From assembly GCA_051362555.1 (NCBI GenBank), contig CM120640.1, positions 14,756,001 to 14,820,000 of the forward strand: 64,000 nt of DNA. The letters run 5' to 3'. Each line of letters begins with the position of its first letter. Within the stretch, counting starts at the first letter, position 1. Shown here in pieces: positions 55,549 through 64,000 of the stretch. This stretch comes from Lingula anatina. Lineage: Eukaryota > Animalia > Brachiopoda. Under the pieces are notes generated by a model that was not told the origin of the DNA, did not search any database, and was given only the letters and a program-made list of their open reading frames with translations. The position numbers and the translations under genes are program-made.

Positions 55549-58500
55549 TGGACGAGACTGTCCTTCCGAACAAAACAGACGACCAACTGTCTGGCAGCAG
55601 TACACCCCCTCCAACACTGGTGTCTGCAGTTCCTTCACCCCCTCGGGACTCATCATCTGAGTCACCTGACTCAATTGGACCAATCAAACGGAGTTCTCCA
55701 AACTTGAGTTGCGCAGTATGTGGGGACACCTCGAGCGGGAAACACTATGGCATCCTCGCTTGCAATGGCTGCAGCGGGTTTTTTAAAAGAAGCGTCCGCA
55801 GAAAGTTGATTTACAGGTACTATATTTTCATAAAAATTCAATTTGCAGTTTCATTTTTTTTTCAGAATGTTCTTTTATTAATACTCATTTACAAAGACTC
55901 GTATTGTAAGATTTCAAAGAAAAGCTTGATGGGGGACTATCTGATGCCCTCAACAATTTTGGTACGATTATTGATATGGCATTGCTATAGCCCCTTGTGT
56001 TTTGCAGGACAACGGTTATTAGCATAATTTCTTTGTTTTTCTTCTTTTTGTAGCTTTTTCTGTTCATTTCAGTCGCTTTAGAGCTATTCTACGTGTATAT
56101 TAAATTTGCACGCCTCCAGTTTACATCTTACCTCTCTGATTAACTCACAACCCTCTCTAAACTTCACAAAAAATACAGACAGCAGAAAATTTTGTCAACG
56201 TCTTGACAAAACTCAGAAGACTTGTTTGATTTAGTGTGTAGCATGATTTTTAAGAGGATTTGTAAATCGTACTGTTTAAACGGGTTACTGCCTCAATATC
56301 GACCACATATCAGTGGATTAATAAGGTTGCTTTTTTTCTTGCTGTCAGTCAAAGTTTATAAGGGAAATATTGGTCGAGGTTTTTTATCTTCTGCGTCTAC
56401 CACATATAAAATGAACAGTCGACTTTTCAGATTACGCTCGGTGTTCCTTGTGTTTTAGCACACCCTCAACGGCGCGTTTGACTTCTCTAAGTAATAAAAC
56501 GGTTAACGTTACAGTTCAGGTCAAATTACTTAATTTTGTGCTTGTCTTAATTTTCGTATTTGATTTGTGTTCGCATAGCTGCTTTACTAACAGTTGCATG
56601 ACGCTCAATCTTTCGAAAATGTCTGATTTTTTCAAATAAGAAATTATTTTTAATTTTACCAACTCTACATCACGCTCAGTGTCATGGTTTCGATACAACT
56701 TACATTCCCACACATGAAACACATTGACTACATGTCGCATAAATTTGTAATTTTAGCTGCTTTTTGGTAAAATTTACAACATCACTTGCCTCTGCCTTGT
56801 AAAATCCATTCATTATAACAAATTGCCGTTTCAATCCACCTTCCTTTGATTGGCCGTAATATTCCATTGTGTGTCATTTAAAGACTTCTGCAATAAGTAA
56901 CGGTATTTTTCATGTTTTCCCCCTAGGTGTCAGGCCGGCACGGGGGCATGCACGGTTGACAAGGCACACAGAAACCAGTGTCAAGCATGTCGTCTGAAAA
57001 AATGTCTTCACAAAGGCATGAACAAAGATGGTAAGTTACGCGTCGCTATTTAATTTTTTAATGTCTCACTAATAGATGATTGACAAAGAGTATCATTTAT
57101 ATCACATAATTGTGCGTTCGAAAGGATTCGCATGTATTTTCTCACGGCAATTAATTTTGGCAGACCCCTTGAGCCGGAAGCAGTTTTGGCTTTTAACAAA
57201 TATAACATTTTGGACTAAAGTAATACTAAAAAAAATGAAGAGCGGAGGGTAAAAAATTAAATAGCTGTCCGCACCCACTAATACACAGCACACACTAACG
57301 TGTATAAATGCACACACTAAATAAACGTAATAATGGATTGAATAAAAGATCTAGTCGCAAATCTTCTTTTACAATACGCCGAACCCACTTCTGATTGGTT
57401 GAGAACAGGATTTCAACAAGAGCGGATTCTAATCTGCATTCTCCGTGCCTATTAAGTTGTGATGCGTCGGTGATGTCTTTATCTAGTCTCGGGGCAGCTG
57501 CAACAAGCCATCTCTCCTGACAGATTAAGTTAGAGATACGTTTAATTGAATATCTCGCGATGTTATTGATCTTAAGCAGCACAGGGAAATACAATTCTGA
57601 CATGGCCTATTGAATTAAGGGAACCGATATTTCATTTTTCTTTTGTACAATTTCCTTTTAATTCCATTGATCGTGGGTGAATCGCGTTCCGATGATCAAG
57701 CCGACAGCCCTAGACATGCATAATTCACGGGGAAAAATACTTATTTGTCAGTGATTAGTATTTATTACTTTTGCTTTTATTCTTTACTTCTATACAAACA
57801 CTGGTGTCATACTTGACGCATATATGATATTAGTCTTTATTTCAAGTCTAGGGAGATTGACTTACTTTTGTGTTGACCGACAACCCAAGGGACATAAGAT
57901 TGACAGGATCAGCCACTGCAATGAGTAGCTTGCATCAAGTTTCATTTCTTCAAAATGTCATTTTCGATTCAATTGCCACCTGGTTTTGGATACAAAGCAG
58001 TTAATTCGCATCTTATAAGTCCATTTGTTGCACAACTGTACAGGGAAGTAACTGTCCATCAAATCAAACGCAGAAGTACAAATTTTATACTTTAAAAGAA
58101 AAAAAAAAAGAAAAATCTTTTGAAACTTAGGTAGAAAGTGACCGCTCAATATAAAAGTTGAAATAGGAGCTGTCGCGTGAAAAACTAAATACTGTTTTTT
58201 TTTTTTTTGACAACATGATTTTGATTCTGAAATAAACATCTTCCCTGACATATCTTCTGAACATTTTCGAAGTATACTAATGCAAATGTAACGAGACTTA
58301 GTATTTTACCAACTACTACGACCAAGCACAGTGCAAACAAGGTCAACAGACATTTTTTAATCTTTTTATTTTTTTAACATGTTTAATTTTTTCCTCCTTT
58401 CTATCTTTCTTTTTTTTTTTTTTTACTTTTTTCTTATTTTGCTTTTTTTGCTGGGAAATGTCAAATCCACAGTGTGGGCGATTTTTGACCATGAAAACAA

Positions 58501-61124
58501 CATCATAAAGGCGCTTCCTGTGTGAATTGTCAATTCTCCCACTTACGTTTTCCCGCACCCATTGCCCAATGCATTTTTCCACGTGGAAAATGTAAAAATG
58601 ATCTCCTCACAATATTGGTCGGTCACAATCGTCAAACAACTTATCAATAATCTTGAACGATAAAAATAACAAAAATGGTTTTATCTCCGTAGCACCTACA
58701 TGTATACATGTACATGCACACTAAAAATAACCTTATCGTAATGATTACCCTCTCTTCAATTACATTTTCAATGGAAGATATTCAACATTTATATTTTGGT
58801 AAAATATTCAAGCAATGAAATATCTATTTGTTTTAGCGGTTCAAAACGAGCGTCAGCCGCGCAGCACAGCACAGGTCCGCCAAGAAATGCTGGACTCCGA
58901 GCTGGTGCAATCTCTCACGCCAGGTGTCTCTGCTGTGTCCGCCACCCACCCAACGTTCTACGGGAGTCACCTAAGAGCAACAGAGGCCTCGTATTTTCCT
59001 GGACTTGTTGCCGTGGAAGACGGCCATACAAAAGGAAAGACCGAAAAGGACAAACGTATGTACAGTACCTTTCGCTTAATTTTGCAACACGTGCAGCCGT
59101 GTGAGGCATACGCCTATAATAAGGTTATGCCACTACGTCGATACATCAAATCAGTTGTGAACTCATAAAAATCGTATATCATTAAAACAATAACTTAGCG
59201 GTACTTAGATATACTTATGTAAACTTTTTTCTTTACAACAAATAGGGGTAAAGAACACAGATATATGAAAATGTTCGATAAATTCTGTTATCAAAATTTT
59301 GTTTACCTTTTACTGTCAAGCTGTTACAATAGCCATAATTCAAATAATCTTTTAGACATTGAATCAGATTCAAGAAAACCAGAAAAACGCGACCCAAAAG
59401 ACAGTGAACGCCAAGAGTCCGATGATAGCCGTAGATACCCGAGTAGTCCGCTGCCGTCGGAGTCGGAGACCATGTACGAGCACGCTGCGCGCCTACTTTT
59501 CATGGCTGTCAAGTGGTCAAAAAGCCTGCCATCTTTCGCAAATTTACCTTTCCGCGATCAGGTAGTTTTTGATGCTTTTTGGTGTCATTTTTTCATCGTC
59601 GAACATATAAACAAATCACTTTTGTTGGCATTTTTGTTGTGATAACTTTCATCAAATATATTTAGGCAAGACTTGTTTATCACATTTTAATATAAGCCAT
59701 TTGATACATGATAATTAGTTGAGGCAAGTACAATGTATTGATCAATGTGCGAAAAGTTTTTTGATACGCTTGTGCACAAAAGCTTTGTTTCTTTGTCAAT
59801 TGTTTTAACGTTAAGCAAGAAAATTAGCGCAGAATCTTACGGGCTACAGTAGGTACCATAAACATCCATGGTATTAAAATTTATTTTACCACTTCTTCTG
59901 ATTCGACATCTTTCATTATCATTTTGCAAATGTTTTGATAGAGTACTTGTATTTCAGGTCATTCTGCTGGAAGAGACCTGGGGAGAGCTTTTCCTATTGT
60001 GTGCTATACAGTGGTCCATGCCTCTCGAGTCGTCACCCCTACTCTCCGCGACTGAACACGCGCAGACTGCCCATGGCCGGTGTAACGTCACCGCTCTGGC
60101 TGATATACGGACCCTGCAAGAAATTGTGGCAAGGTTCAAGGCAGTGCAAGTAGACCCAGCTGAGTTTGCTTGCCTGAAAGCGATCATTTTGTTTCGGCCA
60201 GGTATATTAATCATATTTCCAAAATTGTCCCCTACAGTCGAGTATTTGTAAAATACATATAGACCAACACATTTTAATTTCGTTCAAAAATAACTTAGGG
60301 GGAGAAAAAGAGACTATCCAATAAAAGTATGAATATAAAACCAATAGGTCATTTTCAAACAAGTGCTCAGGTGGCAAAAATCCCAAATAAGTTCCGATTC
60401 AATTTCGACATCTCTGCGTGTAAATTGACAAAATAACTAAATGTCGCAAACAGTTACCAGTAGGCCTACTTGTTATGGTATTTACCGACTATTAATGTGA
60501 TAATATCCACCTGTGCGTCGGTATTTCAGAGACCAAGGGTCTCAAGGATCCTCAGCAGGTAGAAAGTCTTCAGGATCAGGCACAAGGGATGTTAGGGCAA
60601 CACACACGTGTTCACCGCCCCACGCAGCCAGTCAGGTACAATCTATTATTATTATTGTTGTTGTTTTTATTACTATAGTTTTTACCTTCATACGCACACA
60701 CACACGAGTACAAACAGACCCACACACACGCAATCTGTATATCGTTTTTTGTTGTATTGTCACATTTGAATGAGTATTGCCGCTTTATTAATTGACCAAG
60801 AATTCTGTGGTAAATAGATATTGAAACCGCCGTCAAATGCAAATAACGTAGTTCCGCAAATTTGTCCTCTTGCGGTTTCACTTCATTGTGGAGACTTGCG
60901 ATTCTGTTAAAAAACCATAATGATTTGGAGTGTTGTGTAGAATTTTCAGGATTTCTTTGATTACATTTTTTTCTAAAAAATATTGTTTCAGATTCGGCCG
61001 CCTACTGCTGATGCTACCGTTACTACGTCTTGTCACCTCGAGTCGAATAGAAACCATTTTCTTCAGTCACACCATTGGCAACACACCGATGGAGAAACTG
61101 CTTTGTGACATGTATAAAAGTTAA
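55549..61124 (+). CDS. NR2E3: Photoreceptor-specific nuclear receptor (NR2E3/PNR); exons 55549-55817, 56927-57030, 58837-59055, 59356-59561, 59958-60201, 60530-60634, 60992-61124; first coding exon not resolved
   Basis: [39 protein letters not shown]|[26 protein letters not shown] has the NR2E3 P-box NGCSG. Also [49 protein letters not shown], and AF2 [16 protein letters not shown]. Confidence 0.95.
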
Positions 61125-62404
61125 AACTTTGCTCGGACGTTTTTTTTTTCTTTGTTAACCATTAGTAGCACTGAATGGCGATTTTCGCGTTGTTTCACAT
61201 TGAGGGATATCTCATGTTCTTTAGTAGAAAATTGGCTGGTGAAAACCAAAATTTCTATTTTGCTAGGGTTACATATTGACACGCTTCGAGGGAAGAAAAA
61301 TGAGATGATTTCTTTGATAATTCGGTCTATGGGAGCTATATGCCCGAGACTATACAGAAGTTGTTAAAATATATCTTATTCTATATCTAACGTTTGTAAA
61401 CCTTTTCATTCAGACTTTTCTCTCAATGCATAACAATTTTTGCGCAACTTCCAATATGCCTAATATATTCAATGTTCGAAATATTTTTCTGTGGTTAATC
61501 CTTCATGCATAATTTTTATCCCAATAGAGCGATGCAGTTTAGCTAAGCAATATACATGAAAACAACAGGTACGCTACAAAGGTCGATACTTTCCGAATCA
61601 AAATGTCTAACGTGCATTTTGCAAACTACAACATTACAATATAGAGCGCATTTTTTCCAAAACTGTAGTGGAGTCGAAACACATCTCACAACAGTACTGT
61701 TACAGTAATAACTAGTTCAGCAAATCATACTCAATACTCTTGTCATCATTTATTCTCTTCAAAGTTTTTTTTCAGATTCATTTTTTGAATCAAGGAATAG
61801 ATCAGGCGGAAATACTTCTCCAATCTGCATACGTATATGCCGCAGTCAATCTATCTTTGAGCAACCGGCTTTGAAGAAAAGAAAAATAAATCCAAGAATA
61901 AAAAGAAATCCAATCACTTGCTCAGGCATGCAGTTAATGCTCAATTCCTTTTAACAATATAATAATAACTCCTTGAAAGAATACATACTTAATTAACTTC
62001 TTCTCAGAGTTAATAACATTCCATTTTTTCAATATCTCCTTTTGAGCAATACGACTTCTGCAATAAACAGAGAAAGGTCTCCTCGGCAAAACTGGACCGA
62101 ATATAAGTTGTGGCAAGGATGAACTTCAAGCATGACAATAAATATAATGACATTTTCACAAAGAGCTCTAAGAATTTATGGTGTCTGATGTCCACGGCTA
62201 CACAAAGACTTATTGTTCTCAGAGCCCTATTCATTTCAAGTTACTTCCGATTTATTTTGATGAAATTCATTTCAAAATAAAACACATTTTACTATACAAA
62301 ACATCCTTTCTATATAAATTTAATCTTTTTCTCATCCATGTACATTTTGACAGCATCTGTTAATATGTTAAATACCCACCTGCAAGCCTTACTCTTTCAT
62401 CAAA

Positions 62405-62443
<39 letters not shown>

Positions 62444-63851
62444 CCTTTTAGAGCATAATTTCCTTTTCTACAAAAATAAAAAAAATACAACCCATTTACA
62501 TAAATCAAAGCACAGGTATAACAATAAACACTAAAAAATATAGAACACAACTTCCTTTTTAATAATTCTGTGATGTATATTATGAATCTGCTTAACATAT
62601 CTTATTCTTTTAAAATGTTGACTGAGACTGCTTTGAAAACTTGTCAAAAAGCTCAATGAAACTGTTGGATAACAAGTAATCATATTTAGTTGATCAGACT
62701 AGTGCATCACAACAATTAGCCTTTAGACTAATTCCCTCTTTTCAGTCTACTTTCTCATGCTATCTATCAGTTTGTGACCTGGCACAGTGGCTTTTTAATA
62801 CTGGCACATTTTCAATATATATATATATATAACACCATGGTAATTACTCAATCTTTTCAATGGGCAAAATTTATCAGTCTTTCAGACACATAATTTTAGA
62901 ATTATAAAAATGATATTTCTATAAAGCCATTGTGGTGCTTTATCTGCATAGAATTGAACTAAGACTATGACTAAGCCCATTTTTCAATTTTGTTCCTACC
63001 GCTCTATAAGAATTTTCTAATTTCTAAATTAACACTTAAGAAATAAGGTTTCTGTAAAATTCACTGTTTTCCCCACTGAAAAGATTGAATCATTTCCAAA
63101 TATCATATTTCACATTTTGACAAAAAGAATAAATAAATAAAAGAATAATATTGAAGACATTTAAGGTAAACTAATGAATCAAAGGAATAATTGGAATAAT
63201 AAATTAATGAGGCATGATGCAACAAGAGATATTGGCAGAGCTATTTTTTATAAACGAATTACCAGAGGAAGGTATGCTAAGGATAATATCAGTTAATTTT
63301 AAGTGCTTTGAACTTTAGGAAAACTAATATAATTGTTCTGTATCATGACATGTTAAAATGAAAATTTCATTCAACCCCATTCTAAAAGATAAAAAATATA
63401 ATTATTGTTAAAAATTAATAAGTATAATCCCTGCATGCTTAAAAACCACTATTTATAATATTAAAAACTGATATGAATACTAAACATGTAAGAAAAATAA
63501 CATTAAGAAATGGAATGTCTAGAAGCAATAGAAATGTCCAAGTAACTACATTAAAAGGGACATACCAATACAATAATGATTGGAAAACTAAGATACCCTA
63601 ATATTTCCACTACAACCTCTTTATCACGAAATTGAATTTTGTAGAAAATCAAAAAGTTAATTGATTTGCTCATGATAACTGATTCTTTTAAAATACTGAT
63701 CAACACTATAAGTTATTAAGTTTATAAAAGAGCCCTGAGTTTCAATAAAGAGACACTATAAGTTATTCCTCATACATTTTCCTCTGCTTGAAATTTTTCT
63801 TAAATCTTAAGGGGAATACAATGAATCCAACACCTCATGCTTGTTTTGGAT

Positions 63852-63908
63852 TCAAGAGGTCACTATCTCTACTTGTTCATATTCCTGTCTGGCAAATGCT
63901 ACAAAAAC
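63852..63908 (-). CDS. Probable terminal exon of an ABCA-family transporter entering from beyond the right edge
   Basis: Acceptor ATTTCAG| followed by VFVAFARQEYEQVEIVTS*. This resembles the ABCA C-terminal (TLEQ)VFxxFA[KR]Q motif. Only 18 residues are visible. Confidence 0.55.
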   Translation of the reverse strand, partial: VFVAFARQEYEQVEIVTS

Positions 63909-64000
63909 CTGAAATATGAAATTTATAATCTGTTAACAAATTTTCTCCTTTAAATTTTGATTTGTATGAAACCCCTTGATAAGGATGAGAGATAAATGTC

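Overview
AT-rich, intron-containing animal genomic DNA. It is probably a lophotrochozoan such as a mollusc, inferred from the cGLR/Mab-21 type, the CCAP-like peptide and the repeat types. No prokaryotic features, CRISPR arrays, rRNA or tRNA were seen. Gene order: NOP56 5' part (-), head-to-head with a Polycomb RING finger (PCGF-family) gene (+); CHMP7 (+); a two-exon secreted precursor carrying a CCAP-like disulfide-ring peptide (-), which the ORF track splits; a type II transmembrane collagen-olfactomedin, gliomedin/colmedin-like (-); an intronless signal-peptide-bearing PhyH-family Fe(II)/2OG dioxygenase (-); an intronless cGAS-like/Mab-21 nucleotidyltransferase with a long poly-Asp tail (-); NR2E3/PNR (+); and the probable last exon of an ABCA transporter (-). 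Mobile DNA comprises two TIR+TSD non-autonomous elements, other MITE remnants, a decayed LINE and a mariner fragment. Exon boundaries were read by eye from GT-AG sites and frame continuity, and no database searches were run.
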